29,269 nt of DNA from an uncultured Eubacteriales bacterium (GTDB lineage: Bacteria; Bacillota; Clostridia; Lachnospirales; CAYWBF01): the NCBI GenBank assembly GCA_964456085.1, contig CAYWBF010000001.1, positions 1 through 29,269 of the forward strand, in the 5' to 3' direction. A program made the translations under genes and the position numbers. This document shows positions 1 through 7,121 of the stretch, piece after piece; the first letter of the stretch is position 1; every line of letters starts with the position of its first letter. The notes under the pieces are model-generated. The model did not search any database. It worked only from the letters and a program-made list of their open reading frames with translations, and was not told the origin of the DNA.

Positions 1-92
1 AAAACCATTACAAACCAAACTATGAACCCACTTATTGCTATTGATAATACTAAAAATAGTATGTTTATTAGCTTTAGTTTTTTGATGCTCAT
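1..92 (-). CDS. N-terminal fragment of a membrane-anchored or secreted protein (runs off the left edge)
   Basis: ATG at 92-90 preceded by AAAGGGGA SD; open frame MSIKKLKLINILFLVLSIAISGFIVWFVMV (basic N-terminus then hydrophobic helix). Not in the ORF track because it is truncated. Confidence 0.6.
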   Translation of the reverse strand, partial: MSIKKLKLINILFLVLSIAISGFIVWFVMV

Positions 93-184
93 TTAATATT
101 TCCCCTTTGGCTTTGAATTACCTTTATAACGTTGCCTTTTTTAAGGGTTTATATACTATAAATAATTTACATGGTTAAATATAA

Positions 185-208
185 GAAAGGCGGCAAAAGC
201 CGCCTTTC
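185..208 (-). terminator. Intrinsic terminator
   Basis: GAAAGGCGGC-AAAA-GCCGCCTTTC, perfect 10-bp stem; followed by TTAT on the minus strand. Confidence 0.75.
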
Positions 209-247
209 GGATTAGCAAAAATATGGTGAAAGGTTTTTTGCAATCTA

Positions 248-346
248 TAGCAATTTAGCGAAACGTTGTCAGGTCCGGAGCAAAAATAACAAACGGTTCA
301 ACGTTATTTTTGCTAAGGGCGCTGACTACGGTTTTGAAAATTGCTA
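248..346. other. ~100-nt irregular rod-like hairpin, unidentified structured element
   Basis: Nested pairings TAGCAATTT(248-256)/AAATTGCTA(338-346), GTCAG/CTGAC, GTCC/GGGC and AGCAAAAATAAC(279-290)/GTTATTTTTGCT(303-314). No RNA family recognised. Confidence 0.4.
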
Positions 347-379
347 TGTCATTTATATATGGAAATTTAGCAAGTACGC

Positions 380-610
380 CTAATCACGAACTACAATATC
401 GTCGTCGTCATCACCAAGCTTACCATAAAGGCTTAGGCAATAAAGTCCGCAAATTCCAACTAAGGCATAAATTATACGGCTAATCCAAGAGCTCATTCCT
501 CCGAATAATGCAGCCACTAGGTCAAACTGGAAAAAACCTATAAGTCCCCAGTTAATTGCTCCAATAAGCACTAAAGTTAAAGCAGTCATATCAAGTGGTC
601 GTGTTTTCAT
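380..610 (-). CDS. DUF378 family small membrane protein (YuzA-like)
   Basis: LVLIGAINWGLIGFFQFDLVAALFG...RIIYALVG is the typical DUF378 pattern; AAAGGAGG SD. Confidence 0.9.
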   Translation of the reverse strand: MKTRPLDMTALTLVLIGAINWGLIGFFQFDLVAALFGGMSSWISRIIYALVGICGLYCLSLYGKLGDDDDDIVVRD

Positions 611-705
611 TTAGTTTCCTCCTTTGCTTATTCTGTTGTTTGTAAAACAACTTCTAGAATAGTATTTCTTAATTTAATTATTTTATAAGCAACACCGTGA
701 GAAAT

Positions 706-734
706 TTGTAATAGTTTGTTTTTTGTGATAATAT
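706..734 (+). promoter_or_regulatory. Candidate sigma-A promoter of the DUF368 gene
   Basis: TTGTAA(706-711)-17 bp-TAATAT(729-734) with a TGn extended -10. Confidence 0.4.
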
Positions 735-812
735 TATTTAACACTGGTAACCATTTCAACCATTTTATTTAAATAATGAAGCTAATGAACGGATGAACGG
801 AGGCATTATATA

Positions 813-1685
813 ATGAAGAAAGTAATTTTTAATTTTTTTAAGGGTATAATGATTGGGGTGGCAAATATTATACCTGGAGTAAGCGGCGGCACAATTGCTG
901 TAGTGCTTGGAATTTTTGACCAATTAATCGAATCTATAAATAATTTTTATAAGGATTTGAGAAAGTACCTGCCATTTTTGATTCCTATAGGCTTGGGTGC
1001 TGTTACTGGAATTATTTTGTTCAGCTCGCTCATTAAATATGCTTTAGAAAAATATTCATTTCCAACCAGCATGTTTTTTGTGGGCTTGGTTGTGGGGAGT
1101 ATTCCTTTTATTTATAAACGTGCCGTATCACGTGGGTTTAAGGTTAGTTATTTAGTACCTCTGGCGATTGCCTTTCTTGCGGTTGTGGGGCTTTCACTTA
1201 CAAAGGCTCCAACTTCTATGAATACTGCCTATAACGTAGATTTTATGCTCATACTAAAATGCTTCTTCGGTGGCGTTGTGGCCTCTTGTGCTATGGTTAT
1301 CCCTGGAATAAGCGGTTCATTTACCTTAATGCTTTTGGGGCTTTATCCTATTGTCATTGACCATGTAGCCGGAATTAAAGAGTATTTGGCTTTGCCTTCT
1401 AATTTTGCCTTGCTGTTTCAGCTTTTAAAGGTAATCGCACCTATAGGCATTGGTACTATAATAGGTATATTTTTAATTTCCGGCATAATCGAAAGCTTGC
1501 TGTCAAAATTTTATTCCGTTACTTACTTTGTAATACTGGGGCTGATTTTCGGTTCTATTTTCGGAATTTTTAATGACCCTATAACTTATGCCTCCGGCTT
1601 AGGTAATCTGACACTTTTGATTGGAGTGGTTATGGGTGTATTAGGTTTTGTTGTATCTATAATATTTGGGAAAACGGATGCTTAA
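813..1685 (+). CDS. DUF368 family membrane protein (putative undecaprenyl-phosphate transporter, PopT-like)
   Basis: Two internally repeated motifs GVANIIPGVSGGT and AMVIPGISGS in a polytopic membrane protein. The DUF368 family is established as polyprenyl-phosphate recycling transporters. Confidence 0.9.
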   Translation: MKKVIFNFFKGIMIGVANIIPGVSGGTIAVVLGIFDQLIESINNFYKDLRKYLPFLIPIGLGAVTGIILFSSLIKYALEKYSFPTSMFFVGLVVGSIPFIYKRAVSRGFKVSYLVPLAIAFLAVVGLSLTKAPTSMNTAYNVDFMLILKCFFGGVVASCAMVIPGISGSFTLMLLGLYPIVIDHVAGIKEYLALPSNFALLFQLLKVIAPIGIGTIIGIFLISGIIESLLSKFYSVTYFVILGLIFGSIFGIFNDPITYASGLGNLTLLIGVVMGVLGFVVSIIFGKTDA

Positions 1686-1686
1686 T

Positions 1687-1730
1687 AAAAAAGGTACAGT
1701 CAATTATAATTTTTGACTGTACCTTTTTTT
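1687..1730. terminator. Bidirectional intrinsic terminator
   Basis: AAAAAAGGTACAGTCAA / TTGACTGTACCTTTTTT inverted repeat between convergent genes, with A and T tails. Confidence 0.9.
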
Positions 1731-1736
1731 ATTGCC

Positions 1737-3941
1737 CTATCGGGCAGGATTATATGTTGAGAATACCTCAATAATACTTCTATAAATAGCCTGGGCAGCT
1801 TTTTCCTTATAAGCAGGGTCGGCTAGCTTTGCGGCTTCGGCTGGGTTTGAAAGGAAGCCTAACTCTACTAAGGAAGCAGGGATTTGAGAATTTTTAAGTA
1901 CGATGTACGCCTCTGACTTAACCTTTCTGTCGTTTGGCTTTAATGCTTCCAAAAGATTTTTTTGCAGGGTTTGTGCAAGGTACAGGCTAGTTGCCTTTTG
2001 CTTGCTGTCCTCATGTTGGTAGTAGTAGGTTTCCAAGCCGTTGGCTATGAAGTTCGTCTTGTGGGAGTTTATATGTATGGATACAAATATGTCGCCTAAA
2101 GGAGAAGAAAACACCGGTCGGTCGAACAAGTCTACAGCAACGTCCCCACGTCTGGTAGCGTAAGCCTTTATTTTGCCCTCTTGCTCTATGAGAGACATTA
2201 CTCTATTGGCTACCTCAAGGGTAGTGTTTTTCTCAATAATTCCATTACCGCTGGCACCGTTGTCACCTCCGCCGTGACCGGGGTCGATAATTACAATTTT
2301 AGGGTACTTTTCTTTTGGCGAAAGGGCTGATATGTAGATATAGTTATCGTCTTGGGAAAGATTATACGCTAAAACCTTCTTTTCCTTTATGGATATAAGG
2401 GTTTTTCCGTTGGAGGTTTGAACGTTTAGAGAGTAAAGCTTGTCGTTGTTAACAATATACTCGCCAAAGCCCAGAAAGCTGCTGTAATCCCAAGGAAGTG
2501 TAAGTGTATAGGATAAATTATTGTAATCATCATGGTGTACTACAGTTGATAGGTCAATTTGTGCACCGCTCGCCTTGGAAATCCTAAAAGCATTTTTGGC
2601 GGCGTCGTAAGCAATATTTTTATAGGTTGGCTCAATTAGCTTGATTATTACGTTGTTGCCTTGGGTTTGAACGTCGTACTTAGCGTGGCGAGCTAAGTCC
2701 ACTACAACCCTTCCGGCGGTTTCTGTAAACATAGATGACCGAAGGCTGCTTATAAAGGTGCCCTTGAAATTGCTTTCTCCCGGTCTATCAATGGTTGTAT
2801 ATGGGAGGTCTATTACCACACGCTCTGGGTCGGTGAGCACAAAGGTGTTTACTATAGGTGTTTTTTCAAAGGAAAGAGTAACGTAGTCAGATAACTGGTC
2901 AGAGGAGGGTGATATATTAAATACTCTGTTCTTCTCCATTTCACCAAAGCTTACAGATACCTTTTTCCTGTCCTTGTCAGTCCATACGCTGAAATTTACC
3001 GCTGTTTTAAGGTCAAACACCACTCTGGCGATTTTTGACGGCTCATTCTGGAATTGTCCTGTGCGTACTGCTGATATGACGGGGTTGTTTTCTTGGGTAA
3101 GAGTTGAGGAGTTAAGATCCATTTCGGCGTTGTAAAAGTCAATAACAATTTTATTGTTGGGTAAAATAAGCTTGTCTACCTTTGAAATAGGTGAGGAAGC
3201 CTCAATAACAAAGGCGTTTGTTCCGTTTTCCATAGGAGAGGTTATTTTTATGATTTTTGTTAACGGGTTGTTTGCTTCCTTTATTGGCTCTGTGGAAATA
3301 TCCTTTGTTTCGGCTGTGGTCTGGACGCTGGATAGGTTAAAAATAGGGGTTGGAGTTGAAAGAGGGGTAGGGGTTCTTGTAGGTTGAGGGGTTTGTTGAG
3401 GTTGTGGAGTAGCCGTCGGAGTTGGAGTAGGCGTGGCGGCTGGTGTAGATGTATATGAGTTTACACTGGCGGTTCTTGTTGTAGAATCCCAGCCTACGTG
3501 CAACCCAAGGCTTTCCGAAACGAACCTAAGGGGTATCATTGTTTTGTTGTTAATAATTTTTGGTGGAATTTCCATTTTAACCAGCCTGCCATTTATATTG
3601 GCGGTGGTGCTGTCAATTTGCAGCAAAACAAGGTCGTTTTCATAGCCGATAAAAATTTCCTTAGTTTCCGCCTGCCACGCCACAACTGCGCCAAGCGGCT
3701 CAAATACCTCCCTTAAGGGCACTAAGGTGTAATTGTTGAAAACAATGGGCGGCATAGGAAGGTTCATAAGGGTGGCGTCATTTACGGTAAGTGTTATGGG
3801 GAGCGCCTTATAATCAATAACGGCACCGTTTATATTAAGCTTAAGCGCTATCTCTTTTGACTTCTCCAGAGCATAAGCTGTGTTTATAGGGGAAATAATT
3901 GAAAAAAGCAACATGTACAGTGCAAGACATTTTTTTAGCAT
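1737..3941 (-). CDS. Secreted multidomain N-acetylmuramoyl-L-alanine amidase (copper-amine-oxidase-N/stalk domain, Pro/Thr linker, AMIN-like repeats, Amidase_3)
   Basis: Start moved to ATG 3941 (GGAGG SD, signal peptide MLKKCLALY...AYA). TLVPLREVFEPLGA and TMIPLRFVSESLG are stalk-domain motifs; TPTPTP linker; repeated RVVxDL AMIN-type motifs; catalytic IDPGHGG, EKN, SIHIN, VELGF. Confidence 0.9.
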   Translation of the reverse strand: MLKKCLALYMLLFSIISPINTAYALEKSKEIALKLNINGAVIDYKALPITLTVNDATLMNLPMPPIVFNNYTLVPLREVFEPLGAVVAWQAETKEIFIGYENDLVLLQIDSTTANINGRLVKMEIPPKIINNKTMIPLRFVSESLGLHVGWDSTTRTASVNSYTSTPAATPTPTPTATPQPQQTPQPTRTPTPLSTPTPIFNLSSVQTTAETKDISTEPIKEANNPLTKIIKITSPMENGTNAFVIEASSPISKVDKLILPNNKIVIDFYNAEMDLNSSTLTQENNPVISAVRTGQFQNEPSKIARVVFDLKTAVNFSVWTDKDRKKVSVSFGEMEKNRVFNISPSSDQLSDYVTLSFEKTPIVNTFVLTDPERVVIDLPYTTIDRPGESNFKGTFISSLRSSMFTETAGRVVVDLARHAKYDVQTQGNNVIIKLIEPTYKNIAYDAAKNAFRISKASGAQIDLSTVVHHDDYNNLSYTLTLPWDYSSFLGFGEYIVNNDKLYSLNVQTSNGKTLISIKEKKVLAYNLSQDDNYIYISALSPKEKYPKIVIIDPGHGGGDNGASGNGIIEKNTTLEVANRVMSLIEQEGKIKAYATRRGDVAVDLFDRPVFSSPLGDIFVSIHINSHKTNFIANGLETYYYQHEDSKQKATSLYLAQTLQKNLLEALKPNDRKVKSEAYIVLKNSQIPASLVELGFLSNPAEAAKLADPAYKEKAAQAIYRSIIEVFSTYNPAR

Positions 3942-4145
3942 GAAATACCTCCGCTTGAATTTTTGAAATGAAAGGGAATTTATAAAGCTGATAATTGCAT
4001 GAATTATAGCATAATTCGTCGGGTTTTGCAAAGCCAATAGATAGGTATTGATACTTTAATAAAATAAGTATGAAACAAAAATGTAATACTAAGAGGGAGA
4101 ATTTGTGGCAACCCTAAACGTTGTGACGAAAATGGAGGGATAAAA

Positions 4146-4289
4146 ATGGACATTAATTGTATTAACAAGTGTGTTTACCAGCAGGAAGGTAAATGCACCC
4201 TTAGCCGCCTTTCACACGAAAACAGCTTTACCAACGCCGCTTCAAGCAGCGATTGCCCATATTGCACTATTCCCGGTCAAAAAATGTAA
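4146..4289 (+). CDS. 47-aa Cys-rich small protein (not in the ORF track)
   Basis: GGAGG SD; MDINCINKCVYQQEGKCTLSRLSHENSFTNAASSSDCPYCTIPGQKM*; 5 Cys with a Cx3C...C...CxxC spacing. Confidence 0.7.
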   Translation: MDINCINKCVYQQEGKCTLSRLSHENSFTNAASSSDCPYCTIPGQKM

Positions 4290-4575
4290 AGTATTGAATT
4301 AATTTTGGGTACGAAAATCATTGTTATTAAATGAGTCAAAGGCTTATACTTATATTTGCACCTATAATCATTGACTTAGGAATTATCATTAAATAAGTTG
4401 CACTAAACATTTTTGAAGACCAACTTGAACCGTGTGAGACTTCAATAATGAGTGTAGCTAATTAAGGAACAATTCCTTATTCGAGCAGGTTTGCTCGGAA
4501 TTACTACAGTTTGGCGGTGAAGAAAATGCAGATTTTCTGCATTGGATTAATCACCTGCACAAAGGGGGAGGCAAA

Positions 4576-5049
4576 ATGAAGCTTAAGCTTAAGTTACTTT
4601 TGTTTGTAATAGCCTTAATTTTAATTTTTCCGCAAAAGGTAAAAGCGGCTAACAGCAACTACGTTATTTATTATTACAAATATGACAGTCAGGGCGATGC
4701 TTATTGGGTAAGCCAGCCCTTCTTGCCCCCAAGCAAAAAGCTAAGTCACGAGAGGATAATTTATTTAATGCTAAAGGAATTTTTTGAAAGTGAAAGCTAC
4801 AACATAACCTGCGAGGGAACAAAATTACTTGGTATTGCCTTTGAGGACGGTCATTTGACCATTAATGTAAGTAAGGAAATAGCGGATTATGGCGGTGGGA
4901 CTTATTACGAGAACTGCCTGAGAAACCAAATCATCAAAACAGGAACCTCTATTGAGGGAGTGGATAAGGTGAGCCTTTTAATTGAGGGTAAGCTTAACTA
5001 TCTGCCAGAGGGTACTATTATTAATGGAGCTAGGGAAATAATAGAATAA
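4576..5049 (+). CDS. GerMN domain-containing secreted protein
   Basis: Sec signal peptide (no lipobox); GTKLLGI...LTINVSKEI...GG..YE..LRNQIIKT...GVDKVSLLIEGK matches the GerMN pattern; GGGGGAGG SD. Confidence 0.85.
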   Translation: MKLKLKLLLFVIALILIFPQKVKAANSNYVIYYYKYDSQGDAYWVSQPFLPPSKKLSHERIIYLMLKEFFESESYNITCEGTKLLGIAFEDGHLTINVSKEIADYGGGTYYENCLRNQIIKTGTSIEGVDKVSLLIEGKLNYLPEGTIINGAREIIE

Positions 5050-5051
5050 AT

Positions 5052-5099
5052 AAAAAAGTGCCGGTATAGCCAAATTTTGGATATACCGGCACTTTTTTT
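5052..5099 (+). terminator. Intrinsic terminator (probably bidirectional)
   Basis: AAAAAAGTGCCGGTATA / TATACCGGCACTTTTTTT. Confidence 0.9.
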
Positions 5100-5122
5100 G
5101 TGTGGGATAATTAATATTCGCG

Positions 5123-5161
5123 ATAGCATAGCTGCTTGTACCCATACAGCAGCTATGCTAT
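5123..5161. repeat. Perfect 14-bp inverted repeat overlapping the toxin promoter
   Basis: ATAGCATAGCTGCT (5123-5136) / AGCAGCTATGCTAT (5148-5161), 11-nt spacer. Confidence 0.9.
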
Positions 5162-5164
5162 AAT
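5136..5164 (+). promoter_or_regulatory. Sigma-A promoter of the type I toxin
   Basis: TTGTAC-17 bp-TATAAT with TGc extended -10. Confidence 0.75.
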
Positions 5165-5221
5165 TGTTCTACACAAAAGCATAAGGGCGAAAGGCTTGCA
5201 CCTCTGAAAGGAGGTGGGTCT

Positions 5222-5311
5222 ATGTCAGTTTACGAGGCGTTAATTTTAATGCTGACGTTTGGGATTTTTTTATTATCCCTGTTGACATATATTTCTCTAG
5301 AAAAGAAATAA
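5222..5311 (+). CDS. Type I toxin, putative holin-like toxin (BsrG/BsrE/BsrH/TxpA-like), 29 aa
   Basis: AAAGGAGGTG SD; MSVYEALILMLTFGIFLLSLLTYISLEKK*, a single TM helix with Lys tail and the MSxYExLxxMxxFG start typical of this family. Not in the ORF track. Confidence 0.85.
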   Translation: MSVYEALILMLTFGIFLLSLLTYISLEKK

Positions 5312-5430
5312 CCGCCCCAACGCAAAGGTAAGCGGTTATAAGATGAAATACAACATTAAACTGCAAGCCTACCGCCTTTAAAGCGGTCTGTGTAAAAAAG
5401 GGGTGTTCGAGCACTCCCTTTTTTATGCTA
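5299..5430 (-). ncRNA. Putative cis-antisense antitoxin RNA (~130 nt; ends approximate)
   Basis: Own promoter (5436-5464) and terminator (stem 5339-5308, G-U pairs favour the minus strand, followed by TTCTTTTCT); complementary to the toxin's last codons and 3' UTR. Confidence 0.65.
5400..5424 (+). terminator. Terminator of the toxin mRNA
   Basis: GGGGTGT-TCGA-GCACTCCC followed by T6. Confidence 0.7.
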
Positions 5431-5435
5431 ACCAT

Positions 5436-5464
5436 ATTATAATATACTATTCAAATATTGTCTA
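5436..5464 (-). promoter_or_regulatory. Sigma-A promoter of the antisense RNA
   Basis: Minus strand TAGACA(5464-5459)-17 bp-TATAAT(5441-5436), pointing toward the toxin; no convincing protein gene downstream. Confidence 0.75.
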
Positions 5465-5514
5465 TTAAAATATAAAAATTAAGTTTATCAAAAATATAGC
5501 CTTAAAAATTTCAA

Positions 5515-5560
5515 AAAAGCCGTTGGCAAAATCCATTATCTGGTTTTGCCAACGGCTTTT
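5515..5560. terminator. Intrinsic terminator of the LysM gene
   Basis: AAAAGCCGTTGGCAAAA / TTTTGCCAACGGCTTTT, 17-bp arms. Confidence 0.9.
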
Positions 5561-5566
5561 CTAATT

Positions 5567-6913
5567 TTATGGAATAATTAAAACCTGACCAACCTTAATA
5601 CTGGCTGCGTCTTTTAGATTATTTGCATCAATAATTTTTTGGTATGCAGACTGGGCTATAGAGCCGTAGAATTGCTTGCTGATTTTTGAGAGGTTGTCAC
5701 CGGTCTGTACTGTGTAGGTTCTTTGCCCTGTGGAGGAGGTGCCTGCGCCGGACGGTGCTTGGGGGGCTCCCGGAGATGCCTCTGGAACTGGTTCAGTATT
5801 TGAAGCTTTAAGCTCTGTAACAAGGTCGGTTAATTCCTTGATCTTGGTTGTGTATTCGCTGTTTTTGATTTTAAGGTCATTAAGCTCGTCAATTTGCTTT
5901 TTGTACTCTTCGATTTTAGAATTAGCGGTCTCCAGGTCCTTAGAGGTGGAGTTCATTTTCATAAACAATAAAGCCAGTATCACAAAAAACGCCAGAATAA
6001 TTACAAAAGCGCTTGCTCTTATAATAGTATCCCTCTTTGAGTCGGAAAATTCAGTCTGAGTATCGTCCAGTGATGCAAAGCGCTTACTGCTTTGCCTACC
6101 CTTTCCAGGGGTTTTATATGTACCTCTCATAACGCCATCACCCTTCCCCTTATCGCTGACGTCCTTCTTTGTATCTTCGTTTATGTCTACAAAGCTGCCT
6201 GTGTCTGTTAGGAATTGATTCTTCTGTCTTGGCCTTCTTGAATCTCGTGGGCCTGAGGTCGGAGGTTGACTTTGTCCATAAACAGGGGTTTGTCTGCCAA
6301 CAGGTTCTCTTTGAGGTGCTTCTCTTTGCTCGTTGGTAATTTTCTGCGAAGGCAGAGGACGTGGTACTCTGTCAGAGTGTTGCTGGTTGCGCCTAAACAT
6401 AGAGTAGTCGTAGCTTTCCTCTGTATCTGACGAGGCATTAACGCTGTCTGTATATTCCTCTATGTTTCTTCCTCTTTTTTCGTATGGCTTGTCGGAGTCG
6501 CTCTGGTTCATTGCGCTAACAACCTTGCTTCTTACAGCATCATCTGTTGCTGCTAAGGCAGCTCGTTTTTGAGGTGGACGCTCATACCCCACGTCTGGCT
6601 CCTCCATTGCTGGTCTTTTTTGCATAGGTCTTTTTTCTTGGTGCCTTTCTTCGGCGTAACCGTGTGCTCTTGGGTCTTCCCTATCCTCGTTAAAGCCCTT
6701 TACAAAATCGTCCTTTTCCACATTATCCATTAGCTTTCCTACTGCCTTAATAGATAATTCGTCGTTATAGTAATCCAAGGTGTTACTTTCCTTACTGGCC
6801 AAATCTTTATTTTTACGGGAGTTGTTTCTGTTTGAGGAGGCTCTGCCCAAAAATCCACTAGCAAGCTCGTCGTCTATTTTAAAATTTCGTAAACTATCAG
6901 AGTTTCTATCCAA
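5567..6913 (-). CDS. Single-pass membrane protein with long disordered N-terminus, coiled coil and C-terminal LysM domain
   Basis: TTG start with GAGGTG SD; ~295 aa charged low-complexity region, TM (AFVIILAFFVILALLF), heptad coiled coil, P/A/S/G linker, LysM (YTVQTGDNLSKIS...ANNL...IKVGQVLIIP). Confidence 0.85.
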   Translation of the reverse strand: MDRNSDSLRNFKIDDELASGFLGRASSNRNNSRKNKDLASKESNTLDYYNDELSIKAVGKLMDNVEKDDFVKGFNEDREDPRAHGYAEERHQEKRPMQKRPAMEEPDVGYERPPQKRAALAATDDAVRSKVVSAMNQSDSDKPYEKRGRNIEEYTDSVNASSDTEESYDYSMFRRNQQHSDRVPRPLPSQKITNEQREAPQREPVGRQTPVYGQSQPPTSGPRDSRRPRQKNQFLTDTGSFVDINEDTKKDVSDKGKGDGVMRGTYKTPGKGRQSSKRFASLDDTQTEFSDSKRDTIIRASAFVIILAFFVILALLFMKMNSTSKDLETANSKIEEYKKQIDELNDLKIKNSEYTTKIKELTDLVTELKASNTEPVPEASPGAPQAPSGAGTSSTGQRTYTVQTGDNLSKISKQFYGSIAQSAYQKIIDANNLKDAASIKVGQVLIIP

Positions 6914-6961
6914 CTAAATCACCTCTCTATGAATTTTATTTACTTTACAACAATTAAACTT

Positions 6962-6990
6962 ATTTTATTATGTATTTTTCGGCGTGTCAA
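6962..6990 (-). promoter_or_regulatory. Sigma-A promoter of the LysM gene
   Basis: TTGACA(6990-6985)-17 bp-TAAAAT(6967-6962). Confidence 0.75.
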
Positions 6991-7066
6991 CAAATTCATA
7001 GGAATTATTCATTAATTTTTGCAGGGAGTTTCTGGCTGACGGTCATGTTTGAATGAATCAAAACCC

Positions 7067-7095
7067 TTTACAATTGCCCATACCTATTGTAAACT
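7067..7095 (+). promoter_or_regulatory. Candidate sigma-A promoter of dnaX
   Basis: TTTACA-17 bp-TAAACT. Confidence 0.55.
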
Positions 7096-7121
7096 AGCAT
7101 AAAGCCAGTAATAGGAGTGGT

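Noticed and set aside
267-279. TGTCAGGTCCGGA matches the core of SRP (4.5S/scRNA) helix 8
   Set aside because: The required continuation AGGAAGCAGC and GNRA apex are absent; the motif sits mid-stem in a different fold.
3154-3716. Plus-strand ORFs 3154-3387, 3433-3645 and 3498-3716
   Set aside because: Antisense shadows of the amidase gene, with no SD or recognisable motifs.
3942-4037. 32-codon N-terminal extension of the amidase in the ORF track
   Set aside because: No SD at 4037; ATG 3941 has GGAGG and begins a proper signal peptide.
4418-4436. CTTGAACC (6S RNA-like) and, on the minus strand, GGTTCAAGT (tRNA T-loop-like)
   Set aside because: No ~180-nt end-to-end rod around it, no T-stem pairing or cloverleaf; too short to support either call.
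5220-5435. Minus-strand 71-aa ORF across the toxin locus
   Set aside because: Its start lies at or upstream of the predicted transcription start, it has no SD, and it crosses a terminator; better explained as the antisense RNA.
6914-7121. Expected SRP RNA gene upstream of dnaX (as in B. subtilis)
   Set aside because: No SRP core motif in this spacer; it holds two divergent promoters instead.
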